NCBI GenBank assembly: GCA_013374855.1
Contig: CP055308.1
Coordinates: 337,833 to 401,832 of the forward strand
Direction: 5' to 3'
From: Candidatus Woesebacteria bacterium
GTDB taxonomy: Bacteria; Patescibacteriota; Microgenomatia; UBA8517
DNA: 64,000 nt
Shown: piece after piece, positions 7,867-17,806 of the stretch
Layout: every line of letters begins with the position of its first letter
How positions within the stretch are numbered: position 1 is the stretch's first letter
The notes under the pieces: model-generated
The model's input: the letters and a program-made list of their open reading frames with translations, nothing else
What the model was told of the DNA's origin: nothing
Database searches by the model: none
Made by a program: the position numbers and the translations under genes

Positions 7867-9411
7867 TTAGTCTCCTTTAATGATAAATGATGACCAGTTT
7901 AAAGCAACAAGTGCTAAATCATCAATTGTGATATAACCATCTTTAGTTATGTCAGCCCCAATCATATTTTTATCTGATGCATTTACTTTTATTTTGAAGT
8001 CTGTATAGTATTTCAGTACGAGAGATATATCCTCTATGCTTATAATGTTGTCGTTGTTAGCATCTCCTGCTTTTAGTTCATCTTTGATGTCTGTGCTTTT
8101 GTCTATTATTGTATTGTTATTGCTTATTTGTACGTTGGCGAATTTTTTTCTAAGATGAGATACTCCTTTTATGTAAAGATTATAAGTACCGGCGGGGATA
8201 TTGTTTCCTTGTTCATCAGTTGAGAAATTAATTGTCCAGATTCCGTTTTCATCAACAGAAACGGGTGCTTGCCCGATCTTGTGAGTTTTCTCTTCGTTTG
8301 TAAGGGTGATGTAAGTATCTAATTGAGAGGGAATGTTTGATTTAATTTTTGTTGTAATCCCTTGTTGTCTGAAGAGAATTTTTATGTTTTCTGTGGGACT
8401 GCTTTTTGGGGAAACTGCTATTATCAGAGCATAATCATTAAAGTCGCATTCTGCTTTTTTAGCATAATCCCCCCAGCATTGTTGGGAGATAATTATTCCT
8501 CCCGAGCTTTGTGTCGTCTTGATTAAAGATGATACATCCTTTTCTTTGCACTTATTGTTTTCTGGTTTTATCCATCCTTCGAAGGGGTAAGGCCCACTAT
8601 CACTGCCAACGTCTTCTCCATAAATACAAAGTTTATCCCCGTTTTTGACTTGGACCCCCGTTACTATTACTTGATCCGTTTTTGTGTCTTTTGTGTCTAT
8701 CAATTTGTCATATTCGGTTAAACTGCAAGTTTGGCTGTTTTTCTTTAGGGCAATTTTGGGTGGGGTAGATTCTAAAAAGCTGGCAAAGGAAAGCAGGACT
8801 TCTCCATCGTTTTTTATGTCTAAAACTGTTGGATTTGGATTTTTATCGCAAGAGTTTTCACCTCCACCGCCTGATGATGTAGTACAAGTACATTTTGGTT
8901 TTCCATCGCTACCGCTTTGGTTTAAGGCAATGCATTTCTTACCACTTCCACAAGAATCTCCAGGATTTTTCCCTTGACATTTTGCAGCCGAAGCACTGCT
9001 GCATCCTGCTTGTGTTCCTCCACCACCTCCACCCCCGCCGCTACCTTGAGCCTGGATACATTTTCCATCTTGATATAAAGGTTTATCAGTGGGACAACAT
9101 GTTGTCAGACGTCCGCTTGTGGACATTATGCAATATATTGCTTCTGGTAAAGATTTGGGTAAATTGCAATCAGTGGCTGGGCAATAAGGATAGTCGCAGG
9201 CCGAGTGTTTGATGCATCTTTCTTGATTGCACATGTAACCTTTGGGGCAGCCAGCTCCAATTCCACAAAGACCTCTGTTGCCAGAATCACAGATCATCTC
9301 TGCCTTTTCTCTTATGTCTTGAGATTGTTGTGTTAGGACTATTCCAGATGTTGCTCCAATGAGCAGTAGGAGGGTGAAGAGGATTTTAATTATCTCTTTT
9401 TTTGTAATCAT
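7867..9411 (-). CDS. Cys-rich surface protein with the TM-QQSQDIREKA N-module, a poly-Gly run, a prealbumin-like beta domain and a C-terminal dockerin domain.
   Basis: The 514-aa product ends with two Ca-binding dockerin repeats, GDANNDNIISIEDISLVLKYY and ADITKDGYITIDDLALVALNW. It contains GGGGGGGG and many Cys. Its start overlaps the stop of the upstream gene by 1 nt. Confidence 0.7.
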   Translation of the reverse strand: MITKKEIIKILFTLLLLIGATSGIVLTQQSQDIREKAEMICDSGNRGLCGIGAGCPKGYMCNQERCIKHSACDYPYCPATDCNLPKSLPEAIYCIMSTSGRLTTCCPTDKPLYQDGKCIQAQGSGGGGGGGGTQAGCSSASAAKCQGKNPGDSCGSGKKCIALNQSGSDGKPKCTCTTSSGGGGENSCDKNPNPTVLDIKNDGEVLLSFASFLESTPPKIALKKNSQTCSLTEYDKLIDTKDTKTDQVIVTGVQVKNGDKLCIYGEDVGSDSGPYPFEGWIKPENNKCKEKDVSSLIKTTQSSGGIIISQQCWGDYAKKAECDFNDYALIIAVSPKSSPTENIKILFRQQGITTKIKSNIPSQLDTYITLTNEEKTHKIGQAPVSVDENGIWTINFSTDEQGNNIPAGTYNLYIKGVSHLRKKFANVQISNNNTIIDKSTDIKDELKAGDANNDNIISIEDISLVLKYYTDFKIKVNASDKNMIGADITKDGYITIDDLALVALNWSSFIIKGD

Positions 9412-10733
9412 TAGTTTGTAAAAAGCAGAACGCCACTTGCTGTAAACAATAGTAAACCGGCAAAAAGCAAAATTAAAGTAGGTGTTTTAACACCGGATTC
9501 GGGTTGGGCAGGGGTAGCTGATGGGCTTGCTATTTTTGGGGTAGGAGTGAAAGCAAGTGGTGTTGGTGTTAGACTTGCCGAAGGTGTGCTTTCAAAAGCA
9601 GGCTCATCTGTTTCTGCAGCTTTGATTGTAAAGTTTCTCACAATGTTTCTTAAGATTCCGTTTTCGTCACGATAGGTGATTGTTATTTTGTGCTCCCCTG
9701 GAGACAGATTTTTGGGAGGGGACCATCTCCAAGTACCGTCGGATGATGCTCTTATGGTATCGGAAATCGGGCTTTCGGATTCTACCTTAATTGTTATTTG
9801 TTCTTGGGGAGGAGCTTTTCCAAAAAATTCTGGTTTGGTTGTGTAAATTGTTTCTCCGTCTTCTATGCTTTCAAGAGATACCGTTTTGTTTGTAGTTGTG
9901 TTTTTTTCATTTTCTTCAATGTCAAACCTTGGTTTCTTGGTTTTTTCTTCTGGTGTTTCAATTTCTGAGCTTGGCAGAGAAGCTTCTTGGTTTGTTGTTG
10001 TAGATGTTATGTTTGTAAAGTCGTGGTTTTCTCCCAATATCATTGGTGGGAGAGTTAAACCTGTTGCTAAATAAGCTTCTGCGGTTGATATTCCTTGGGG
10101 TCCTGCTTGAGCAATGATGGAGACTTTGAGGTTGGAAACTGATTGGAGATAATTACTTAAATTGCTGTCTAGAAGAGAGTTAATATTTATTATCCAATTG
10201 CCATTTCCTGATGTTGTAGTTGATAGAACTTGCGCTCCCTCTATGTTTAGGATTACAAGAATGTTTGTTGCTTCAGTTCCTGAAGCAGTGATGACTTTAC
10301 CTCCTATTCTTATATTGTCTGATGACGCATTGTTGAGTGGTGGTGCTGTCTTAACTTCCCATGCTTTTTGATTGTTGTCATACGTCTTGTCGTCTGAGAT
10401 TATTTTGAAAAAGTAATTTTTGTTTGGGGAAAGTCCTGAGATAGTTGATGAGTGTACAAAGCTTTTGCCTTCTATTTCATCTAGTGCTGTTTGGTTTAGA
10501 TTGTTTTCACTTTCTCCCCATATAACAAAACCTGTTGTTCTTTGAGAAGTTGTCCATATTACAGAAAAAGATGAACTTGTTATGTTTGTAATTTTTACAT
10601 CTTGAGGAGGATAATTTCCTTCAGCGCCAAGCCTAAATATTTGCCTTTGTTTGACAAGAATTACAGCTATGGGTAAACTTGTTATAAGCAGGAATAACCC
10701 GATTATTGTTGGTATTCTTATTTTGTCCATCAT
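9411..10733 (-). CDS. Fibronectin type III domain surface protein with the variant N-module TM-VKQRQIFRLGAEG and the C-terminal sorting signal AQPESGVKTPT followed by a TM.
   Basis: The 440-aa product has an FN3 signature PPQDVKITNITSSSFSVIWTT...GFVIWGE...ISGLSPNKNYFFKI, located at about 10358..10610. The C-terminus reads ...PAQPESGVKTPTLILLFAGLLLFTASGVLLFTN. Confidence 0.7.
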   Translation of the reverse strand: MMDKIRIPTIIGLFLLITSLPIAVILVKQRQIFRLGAEGNYPPQDVKITNITSSSFSVIWTTSQRTTGFVIWGESENNLNQTALDEIEGKSFVHSSTISGLSPNKNYFFKIISDDKTYDNNQKAWEVKTAPPLNNASSDNIRIGGKVITASGTEATNILVILNIEGAQVLSTTTSGNGNWIININSLLDSNLSNYLQSVSNLKVSIIAQAGPQGISTAEAYLATGLTLPPMILGENHDFTNITSTTTNQEASLPSSEIETPEEKTKKPRFDIEENEKNTTTNKTVSLESIEDGETIYTTKPEFFGKAPPQEQITIKVESESPISDTIRASSDGTWRWSPPKNLSPGEHKITITYRDENGILRNIVRNFTIKAAETDEPAFESTPSASLTPTPLAFTPTPKIASPSATPAQPESGVKTPTLILLFAGLLLFTASGVLLFTN

Positions 10734-11092
10734 TACTCCTCATCGATTTCATATTCACCTGTAATTTCATTCCTTTCAACAGGCTCTATTGTAGGCGAGG
10801 GGGTTTCCGTTTTTGGTGTAGGAGTGTTTTGTATGCTAACTTCTTTTGGGGTGGGGTTTGGTGTTTTAATTATTGTTTCCTTGAAACCGCCTTCTTCAAA
10901 GTGTTTTTTATTCTTTATTTTTTCTATTACTTCAAGTCCTACGTTTGGATCAACAGGTTGTATAATTTCTGGAGGAACAACAACAGGCAGAGGTTTTTTG
11001 AAAGTTTGGTAGATGCTATAAAATACCCAGCTTACCACAGTTATTGAGGTAAGGATTAGTGTAAAAACTGAATTTGGTAATTTTTTCGCCAT
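10733..11092 (-). CDS. Small Pro-rich membrane-anchored protein, in the PilP-like position downstream of pilO.
   Basis: The 119-aa product has an N-terminal TM and a PT-rich tail. Its start overlaps the pilO stop by 1 nt (TAATG), consistent with translational coupling. Confidence 0.4.
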   Translation of the reverse strand: MAKKLPNSVFTLILTSITVVSWVFYSIYQTFKKPLPVVVPPEIIQPVDPNVGLEVIEKIKNKKHFEEGGFKETIIKTPNPTPKEVSIQNTPTPKTETPSPTIEPVERNEITGEYEIDEE

Positions 11093-11820
11093 TATTGTTC
11101 TTTATCTATCATTTCCATATCTTCTTTTTTAGTGTTTTCTTGATTCTTTTTAATTTCTTTTTCTTTGCTTTCCATAAAGTATAATGCCTTTGCGTTTATG
11201 TTAAGGTTTAATGTCTCGCTATTAGAATCATCCTCGCTGTCTTTTTCTGGTTGCAGATTAAACTGATCGAATATTAGTATTCTTAAGAGGTTTTCGTAAG
11301 TTTGAATGGTTTTTATTAGATTTTCATATCGTCCTTTTATTGAAATACTTGTTTCAAAGTAGCTTGAATTTTCTGGTATTTTTGTTCTATCTACACCTAC
11401 ATTGGAATTGCCTGCCAAGATGATGTTTTTTGTGGATATTGATCTTATTTCAACTTCAGATTCATTTGAGGCAGCTTCGATTTGTCTTATTACTATCTCA
11501 GGGTCTGGTTTTGATGGCAAAGATGTGTCAAGCAAGGAAAGGCTACTTTCTTCTTGCGATAGTATTTGTTGTGCTTTTTGAAGATTTTTTATTTTTATAT
11601 CCATCTTTGACAAAGTCTCTTTTTTGGCTTTTATTTCTTTATTTATTTCTATTATGGTGTTGGCTGTTGGTTTCAAGGCAAAAACAGAAAAAATTACTAT
11701 TGCCAAGGATGTGAGTATTAATTCAACAAAGTTTCTAACATTTTCCTTTTCTTTGTAATAATTGTAGTTTTTCCAGAATAGGTTTTTGTATTGATTGTAC
11801 GTATTTCTCCAGCTTCTCAT
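11092..11820 (-). CDS. pilO: Type IV pilus assembly protein PilO-like.
   Basis: The 242-aa product has a short cytoplasmic N-terminus, one TM (LILTSLAIVIFSVFAL), a coiled-coil and a C-terminal domain (ISIKGRYENLIKTIQTYENLLRILIF) typical of PilO. It lies immediately downstream of pilN. Confidence 0.6.
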   Translation of the reverse strand: MRSWRNTYNQYKNLFWKNYNYYKEKENVRNFVELILTSLAIVIFSVFALKPTANTIIEINKEIKAKKETLSKMDIKIKNLQKAQQILSQEESSLSLLDTSLPSKPDPEIVIRQIEAASNESEVEIRSISTKNIILAGNSNVGVDRTKIPENSSYFETSISIKGRYENLIKTIQTYENLLRILIFDQFNLQPEKDSEDDSNSETLNLNINAKALYFMESKEKEIKKNQENTKKEDMEMIDKEQ

Positions 11821-11828
11821 ACTTTATT

Positions 11829-12419
11829 TTAATTTTCAGTTTTTTTCACTGGTATAGACAAACTGAATTTTAGTAGTTGACTATTTTCCTCGTCTGGTCC
11901 TATCTGTGACAGAGCGGTATTTTTGAATTCTTCTTGTGATTGAAGGTTAACAAGAATTTGAGCTATAGAATTTTCATCCTTTGCTATGCCAGAAATAGTA
12001 ATTTTTTCTTCGTTTAAGGCAATTGATGACAAAATTATTGTTGGAGGGATTTGACTTGTTAGTTTGCTTATGACCTCGGAAGGAATAATTTTGTTTGATG
12101 AAACCTCGCTTATGATAGAGGTTTTCTTTTGCACTTCTCTAATTCTGTTTTCGGTCTCTTTCATTGCTTTTATTTGTGCTTCTTTTTGTCTTATTTCTTC
12201 TGATAGGTCGGTGTTTTTAGCATCAAGCCAGAATCTAGACATGAAAGCGGAGATGACGAAAAGTTCAACTATTATTACCAGAGTTCTAAAAGTTGATAAG
12301 AACCAAACCAAGACTCTGCCTGCAGTTGTTTCTGAGAACTTGTCTTGAGGCAATAAATTTATTTGTTTTTCTTTCTTGCTTTTAAGGGCAGACATCAAAG
12401 AAATAATATCACAAAGCAA
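11829..12419 (-). CDS. pilN: Type IV pilus assembly protein PilN-like.
   Basis: The 196-aa product has the conserved N-terminal INLLP motif (the PilM-binding motif) followed by a TM, a coiled-coil and a periplasmic domain. Confidence 0.7.
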   Translation of the reverse strand: MLCDIISLMSALKSKKEKQINLLPQDKFSETTAGRVLVWFLSTFRTLVIIVELFVISAFMSRFWLDAKNTDLSEEIRQKEAQIKAMKETENRIREVQKKTSIISEVSSNKIIPSEVISKLTSQIPPTIILSSIALNEEKITISGIAKDENSIAQILVNLQSQEEFKNTALSQIGPDEENSQLLKFSLSIPVKKTEN

Positions 12420-12434
12420 TTAGTACTGGAAGTA

Positions 12435-12695
12435 TTATTTTTTGTTCTTTTTATTTTTTACAAGGGGTGTGATTTTTGAGATTTTGCTTTTAATTCTTGA
12501 AGCTTTGTTTTTGTGAATTGCTTTCTTTTTTGCTGCCTTGTCTATTTCTGATATTAGTTTTTTTAAGATTTCTGGATTTTTATCTTTTTTGAACTTTCTC
12601 ATTAAGATATCGATTTTTTTGAAGATCAATAAGTTTTTTGCCCGTTTTCTTAACGAACTTCGGAGGGCTCTCTTGGCTGTCTTTGTTACTGGCAT
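12435..12695 (-). CDS. rpsT: 30S ribosomal protein S20.
   Basis: The product reads TKTAKRALRSSLRKRAKN...AIHKNKASRIKSKISK, matching the bS20 signature. It sits 15 nt upstream of pilN on the same strand. Confidence 0.75.
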   Translation of the reverse strand: MPVTKTAKRALRSSLRKRAKNLLIFKKIDILMRKFKKDKNPEILKKLISEIDKAAKKKAIHKNKASRIKSKISKITPLVKNKKNKK

Positions 12696-12758
12696 ATATT
12701 GTATTTTTTTAAATTACTTTGTGAAGTATAATTCAGTTAAGTTTCATTTTCAACTACT

Positions 12759-14480
12759 ATGTTTGAGAAAATATTGGGAAAAAGCAAAAAATTTTTTTCC
12801 TCGCAGCAGACTTCGATTTTGTCGGCGGCATTTGTAATTATGGTTATGGTTATTTTTTCAAGAATTTTAGGCCTTGTAAGACAAAGAGTTCTTGCCCACT
12901 TCTTTAATGTAAATGAGCTTTCTTTGTTTTTTGCAGCATTTAGGCTTCCTGATACTTTGTTTGAGGTCTTGATTTTTGGCTCATTTTCTTCTGCTTTTGT
13001 TCCTGTTTTTGCACGGCTTGCGAAAAAAAATATTATAAAAGCTTGGGGTCTTGCCTCAAGTGTAATGAACGTTGGGCTCATTGTTTTTTTTGTTTTGGTT
13101 TTGGGATTTCTTTTTTTGGCTTCTCGTTTTTACTCCATTTTTGCACCAGGATTCACAACAGAAGATCAGGAGAAAATTGTTTATTTGAGCAGGTTTCTTT
13201 TTTTAGCACAAGGAATATTTGTTGCAAGTTATGTCTTAACGGGGGTTCTCGAGTCTCTCAAAAGGTTTTTGATACCTGCGCTTGCCCCTGTCTTTTACAA
13301 TTTGGGAATTATCTTGGGAACAATAGTTTTCTATTCTCGCTTTCATCTTTTGGCGCCTGTTTTGGGAGTAATTGTAGGAGCTGTTCTTCATTTTTTGATT
13401 CAATATCCTCTCGCGCATAATTTGGGTTTTCGTTTTAGTTTTCGCGTAAACGAAAAAGAAAGTTTGAAGAAAGTGGCAAAGCTTGCTTTTCCAAGGATTA
13501 TAGAGGTCTCTTTTTTGCAGGTTTCCAAAGTGGCAGAGCTCTTCTTTTCTTCTTTGATATCTTCTGCTTCCTATGCCTATTATACTTTTGCCAATACTCT
13601 GCAACTTTTGCCTGTTGGACTTATTGGGTTGTCCATTTCCAAGGCGGCTCTTCCGAGTTTCTCAGAAAAAGCTGATTCAAGGAAGGAGTTTGCTGATTTA
13701 TTTTGGAAAACTTTCAATGAGATGGTTTTTCTTATTTTGCCAATTTCTGCTTCACTTTTTGTATTAAGAATTCCTTTGGTAAGGCTTGTTTATGGCACTG
13801 ATATTTTTGATTGGGAGGCAACTGTGCAAACAGGTCTTGTTCTTTCTGCCTTTGCGGTAAGTATTACCTTTCAGGCGGTCAACTCTTTGATGTCGAGGGC
13901 TTTTTATGCCTTGCACGACACAAGAACTCCTGTTTTGGTTTCGGTTTTTTCTTTGATTGTTGTTGTGGTTTTGGACTTTGTATTTATAAGGGTCTTGGGT
14001 TTACCGATTTGGGGTTTGGCAGCCGCGTTTTCTTTGGCTAGTTTTTTGCAGTTTTTACTTCTTTTTTTTCTTATAAACAGGGAGTTTGGGGGGGGTTTTT
14101 TATTTGTTAACTTTTATCTTCTCTTTAAGAAATCTGTTGCTGTTTTGTTGTCTTCCTTCTTAATGTTTTTTATGTTGAAGTTTTTTGACAGAAGTGTGTG
14201 GGTGAAAGAACTTTCTTTTTTGGGGAAAACAAGTATTGCTGAGAAAATTTCTTTTGAAAGTTTTGTTTTGGATACTCGGTATACCTTTAATCTTTTGGTT
14301 CTGACAATTCTGGTCTTTCTTGTTGGATTTTTGTCATATATTGCATTTTCCTTGATTCTTGGGAACAGGGAAATTTACTCGTTTTATAGATTAATAAAGT
14401 CAAGATTGTTGCTTCAGTTTGATAGATTGAAGAGAGTTGAGATTAAGGAGGAAAGTGTTAATATTCCACCGGATCAATGA
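12759..14480 (+). CDS. murJ: Lipid II flippase MurJ (MviN family) with a C-terminal extension.
   Basis: The product carries SRILGLVRQRVLAHFF...AAFRLPDTLFEVLIFGSFSSAFVPVF and about 14 TM helices across 573 aa. Confidence 0.8.
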   Translation: MFEKILGKSKKFFSSQQTSILSAAFVIMVMVIFSRILGLVRQRVLAHFFNVNELSLFFAAFRLPDTLFEVLIFGSFSSAFVPVFARLAKKNIIKAWGLASSVMNVGLIVFFVLVLGFLFLASRFYSIFAPGFTTEDQEKIVYLSRFLFLAQGIFVASYVLTGVLESLKRFLIPALAPVFYNLGIILGTIVFYSRFHLLAPVLGVIVGAVLHFLIQYPLAHNLGFRFSFRVNEKESLKKVAKLAFPRIIEVSFLQVSKVAELFFSSLISSASYAYYTFANTLQLLPVGLIGLSISKAALPSFSEKADSRKEFADLFWKTFNEMVFLILPISASLFVLRIPLVRLVYGTDIFDWEATVQTGLVLSAFAVSITFQAVNSLMSRAFYALHDTRTPVLVSVFSLIVVVVLDFVFIRVLGLPIWGLAAAFSLASFLQFLLLFFLINREFGGGFLFVNFYLLFKKSVAVLLSSFLMFFMLKFFDRSVWVKELSFLGKTSIAEKISFESFVLDTRYTFNLLVLTILVFLVGFLSYIAFSLILGNREIYSFYRLIKSRLLLQFDRLKRVEIKEESVNIPPDQ

Positions 14481-14662
14481 GCAATTTAGAGGTAGTTCTA
14501 TCTATGTGAATGAAATTTGGAGATCATTCTAAAGTTGAAAATTAAGATTTTTTAGAGTTTTAACTTATGACTTATAATATAATTTAATTTTTACTTTTGA
14601 GTTGATATTCCACTTTCTAGAATTTTTAAGTTGTGGTTTTATTCTTTGAATTCTATGGGGTC

Positions 14663-14699
14663 TTGACAAGTTTTAGCACTCATATTATTATTCTGCTAA
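14663..14699 (+). promoter_or_regulatory. Sigma-70-like promoter (TTGACA...TATTAT) overlapping a CIRCE-like HrcA operator (TTAGCACTC-N9-TTCTGCTAA), upstream of hrcA.
   Basis: TTGACA is at about 14663-14668. The left CIRCE half TTAGCACTC is a perfect match; the right half matches GAGTGCTAA at 6 of 9 positions. An AAGGAGG RBS precedes the ATG at 14714. Confidence 0.6.
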
Positions 14700-14713
14700 A
14701 GGAGGATTTGTAT

Positions 14714-15439
14714 ATGTCTGATGTGCTAACTGCAAGACAAACTCAAATTCTTAAGGCTTTGATTGATGAGTATATAGAAACGGCAGAGCCTGTTGGGTCG
14801 GAGGTTCTTGAAAAGAAATACAACCTTGACGTATCCTCAGCCACAATAAGAAATGAAATGGCTGATCTTACTAAGATGGGCTATCTTAGACAGCCTCATA
14901 CTTCGGCTGGTAGAATGCCTACTTCGAAGGCAATGAAATTTTATATAAGCCAGCTTATGGAGGAAAAGAAAATGAGCTTAGCTGATGAAATTAAAGTTAA
15001 GGAAAAGGTGAGTGAAGTAAAAGATAATATAGATGAACTTATGGATGAAATGGTCCACAGTTTGGCTGAGAAGACATCATCTCTTTCTGTTGGGGTGGTT
15101 GATGATGGTAGAAACTGGGTTGCTGGTTTGCCCTACATTTTTAATAATCCTGAATTCAGAGATTTAAACTTGTGTGCAGGTGTTTTTTCATTTCTTGACG
15201 AAGAAGAGAGGCTTCTTGATTTGTTTTTCCAAAGGTTTCTTGGCAGTTCGCCAGTTGAAGTTTTATTTGGAGATGAGCTTGGTTTTCCTTATCTTGAGCC
15301 TATTGGAATAGTGGCTACTCACTTTAATATAAAAGGGCAAAGAGGCGCCTTGGGTGTTATAGGTCCAATGCGTCTGAGTTATCCTTATGTTGTACCACTT
15401 CTTCGTTATTATGGTAGTGTTGTAGAGGAGGTAGTTTGA
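14714..15439 (+). CDS. hrcA: Heat-inducible transcription repressor HrcA. The start was moved to the internal ATG that follows the RBS.
   Basis: The product reads MSDVLTARQTQILKALIDEYIETAEPVGSEVL. It heads an operon with grpE and dnaK. Confidence 0.85.
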   Translation: MSDVLTARQTQILKALIDEYIETAEPVGSEVLEKKYNLDVSSATIRNEMADLTKMGYLRQPHTSAGRMPTSKAMKFYISQLMEEKKMSLADEIKVKEKVSEVKDNIDELMDEMVHSLAEKTSSLSVGVVDDGRNWVAGLPYIFNNPEFRDLNLCAGVFSFLDEEERLLDLFFQRFLGSSPVEVLFGDELGFPYLEPIGIVATHFNIKGQRGALGVIGPMRLSYPYVVPLLRYYGSVVEEVV

Positions 15440-15888
15440 TGTCTATGAAAAAAATGAAAGGTAAAAAAGAAAAAGACGAGATTCAGGAGCTGCGTGGTCA
15501 ATTGGCTCGTGCGCTGGCTGATTATGATAATTTGCAGAAAAGGACAGAAAAGGAAAAACAAGAGTGGACAAAATTTGCCAATAAAGATTTGGTGTCAAAA
15601 TTTTTGCCGATTTATGATATGATTTTATCTGCGCAAAAGCATTTGGGTGATCCTGGTATTGCGATTGTTGTTTCTAATTTTGAAAATATATTGGCAGAGG
15701 AGGGAATAGAAATTATCCGCCCGAAAGTAGGCGAAAAATTTGACGAAGGTCTCCATGAAGCCTTAGATGTAGATGAAACAGATGATCCGTCAAAAGCAGG
15801 TAAAATATCATCTCTGGTTCTACCTGGTTTTAAGTTCAAAGATGGTATGATAATAAGACATGCTAAAGTTAATGTTTTTAGGAGTTAA
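15436..15888 (+). CDS. grpE: Nucleotide exchange factor GrpE.
   Basis: The product shows GrpE family similarity (LADYDNLQKRTEKE...KFKDGMIIRHAKV). Its start overlaps the hrcA stop. Confidence 0.85.
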   Translation: MMSMKKMKGKKEKDEIQELRGQLARALADYDNLQKRTEKEKQEWTKFANKDLVSKFLPIYDMILSAQKHLGDPGIAIVVSNFENILAEEGIEIIRPKVGEKFDEGLHEALDVDETDDPSKAGKISSLVLPGFKFKDGMIIRHAKVNVFRS

Positions 15889-15897
15889 AATAAAAAT

Positions 15898-17790
15898 ATG
15901 AGCAAAATAGTTGGAATAGATTTAGGAACAACAAATTCTGTAGTTGCTGTAATGGAAGCAGGCCGGCCTAAGGTCATACCTGCTTCTGATACCGGGCGCA
16001 ACATAACTCCTTCTGTGGTTGAGCCTGTTAAAAATTTGGTTGGAGATGTTGCAAAAAGGCAAATGATTTTAAACCCCAAGAATACGATTTATTCTATCAA
16101 GAGACTGATAGGACGTAGGATTGATGACGCTGAAGTCAAGAGAACAAAGGAAATGGTTCCTTATGAGATAGTGGCAGGCAAAGATGGTTCTGCGTGTGTG
16201 GAGGTAGAAGGTAAAGTTTATACTCCTCAGGAAATTTCGGCTCGTATTTTGATGAAGCTTAAGAAAGATGCGGAGGATTATTTGGGAGAAAAGGTGGAAG
16301 CGGCAGTGATTACAGTTCCCGCTTATTTTGACGATTCTCAAAGGCAGGCGACAAAACAAGCGGGAGAGATAGCCGGGCTTAAGGTAGAGCGTATTATAAA
16401 TGAGCCAACTGCCGCGTCATTGGCTTATGGATTGGATAAGAAAAATGCCCAGAAGATTGCAGTCTATGACTTAGGTGGTGGTACTTTCGATATTTCCATT
16501 TTGGAACTTGGCGAAGGTGTCTTTGAGGTGAAGGCGACAAATGGAGATACTCATCTTGGAGGAGATGATTTTGATGAGGCGATAGTTAACTACATTTGCG
16601 ATGAGTTCAAGAAAGAATATGCGGTTGACTTAAAAACTGACAGGCAAGCACTTCAGAGGATAAGAGATGCTGCTGAGAAAGCAAAAATTGAGCTTTCTGC
16701 GGCAGCTGAAGTTGAAATAAATCAGCCTTATATAACTCAGAAAGACGGTCAACCACTTCATCTTACAATGAAGTTAACGAGAGCAAAACTTGAAAGCTTG
16801 GTTGATGAGCTTATTCAAAAAACCATAAAGCCCGTGGAGGCTTGTCTAAAGGACGCCAAGCTTGACCCGTATGATATTGATGAGGTTATTCTGGTTGGTG
16901 GAATGACTAGGATGCCAAAGGTGGTAGAAACGGTTAAGAATTTCTTTGGCAAAGAGCCGAATAAGTCTGTTAATCCGGATGAGGTTGTGGCAGTTGGTGC
17001 CGCAATTCAGGCAGGGGTTCTTGGGGGCGAAGTCAAAGACATACTTCTTCTTGATGTTACACCGCTTACTTTGGCAATTGAGACATTGGGTAATGTAGCA
17101 ACGCCCATGATTCCAAGGAATACAACCATTCCGACTTCTAAGACGGAAATCTTTTCAACAGCTGCTGATAATCAAACACAGGTTGAGATACATGTTGTAC
17201 AGGGAGAGCGTCCGATGGCCTCAGATAATAAAAGTTTGGGGAGGTTTATTCTTGATGGTATTCCTCCGGCGCCTCGCGGTGTTCCACAGATAGAGGTTAC
17301 TTTTGATATAGACGCCTCTGGAATTTTAAAGGTTACAGCTAAGGATAAAGCAACAGGGAAAAGTCAAAATATAACAATAAGCGGGGCAATAGGGCTTTCT
17401 GAAGATGAGGTAAAAAGGATGCAGGAGGAAGCCGAAAAGCATAGGGCAGAAGATGAGAAGAAGGCAGAAAGGGTAAAAGCAAGGAATAATGCTGATGCAA
17501 TGATAGCCACTGCCGAGAAGGCGCTAAAGGACGCAGGGGATAAAGTGGCTGACGATGTTAAGAAAAATGTAGAGGAGAAGATAAAGGCGCTGAAGGATAT
17601 CTTGGAGACAGCAGAGAAAGATGAGCTTGAGGCAAAGACGAAAGAGCTTTCAGAAGTACTCTCAAGTATTGGGCAAGCTATGTATGGGCAAAATGCTCAG
17701 GCTCAAGATAGTACTGGAGACAAGACTGACCAAAAAGAAGATAAAAAAGGTGGTGATGGCAAAGTAGAAGAGGGAGAAGTGGTTGAGTGA
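15898..17790 (+). CDS. dnaK: Chaperone DnaK (Hsp70).
   Basis: The product reads [15 protein letters not shown]...DLGGGTFD...[14 protein letters not shown] and is Hsp70 along its full length. Confidence 0.95.
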   Translation: MSKIVGIDLGTTNSVVAVMEAGRPKVIPASDTGRNITPSVVEPVKNLVGDVAKRQMILNPKNTIYSIKRLIGRRIDDAEVKRTKEMVPYEIVAGKDGSACVEVEGKVYTPQEISARILMKLKKDAEDYLGEKVEAAVITVPAYFDDSQRQATKQAGEIAGLKVERIINEPTAASLAYGLDKKNAQKIAVYDLGGGTFDISILELGEGVFEVKATNGDTHLGGDDFDEAIVNYICDEFKKEYAVDLKTDRQALQRIRDAAEKAKIELSAAAEVEINQPYITQKDGQPLHLTMKLTRAKLESLVDELIQKTIKPVEACLKDAKLDPYDIDEVILVGGMTRMPKVVETVKNFFGKEPNKSVNPDEVVAVGAAIQAGVLGGEVKDILLLDVTPLTLAIETLGNVATPMIPRNTTIPTSKTEIFSTAADNQTQVEIHVVQGERPMASDNKSLGRFILDGIPPAPRGVPQIEVTFDIDASGILKVTAKDKATGKSQNITISGAIGLSEDEVKRMQEEAEKHRAEDEKKAERVKARNNADAMIATAEKALKDAGDKVADDVKKNVEEKIKALKDILETAEKDELEAKTKELSEVLSSIGQAMYGQNAQAQDSTGDKTDQKEDKKGGDGKVEEGEVVE

Positions 17791-17806
17791 TTTTAGAACT
17801 TGCAAT

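Noticed and set aside
12737-13081. A 114-aa minus-strand ORF overlapping the murJ 5' region.
   Set aside because: It overlaps the well-supported murJ CDS on the opposite strand and has no family similarity or RBS.
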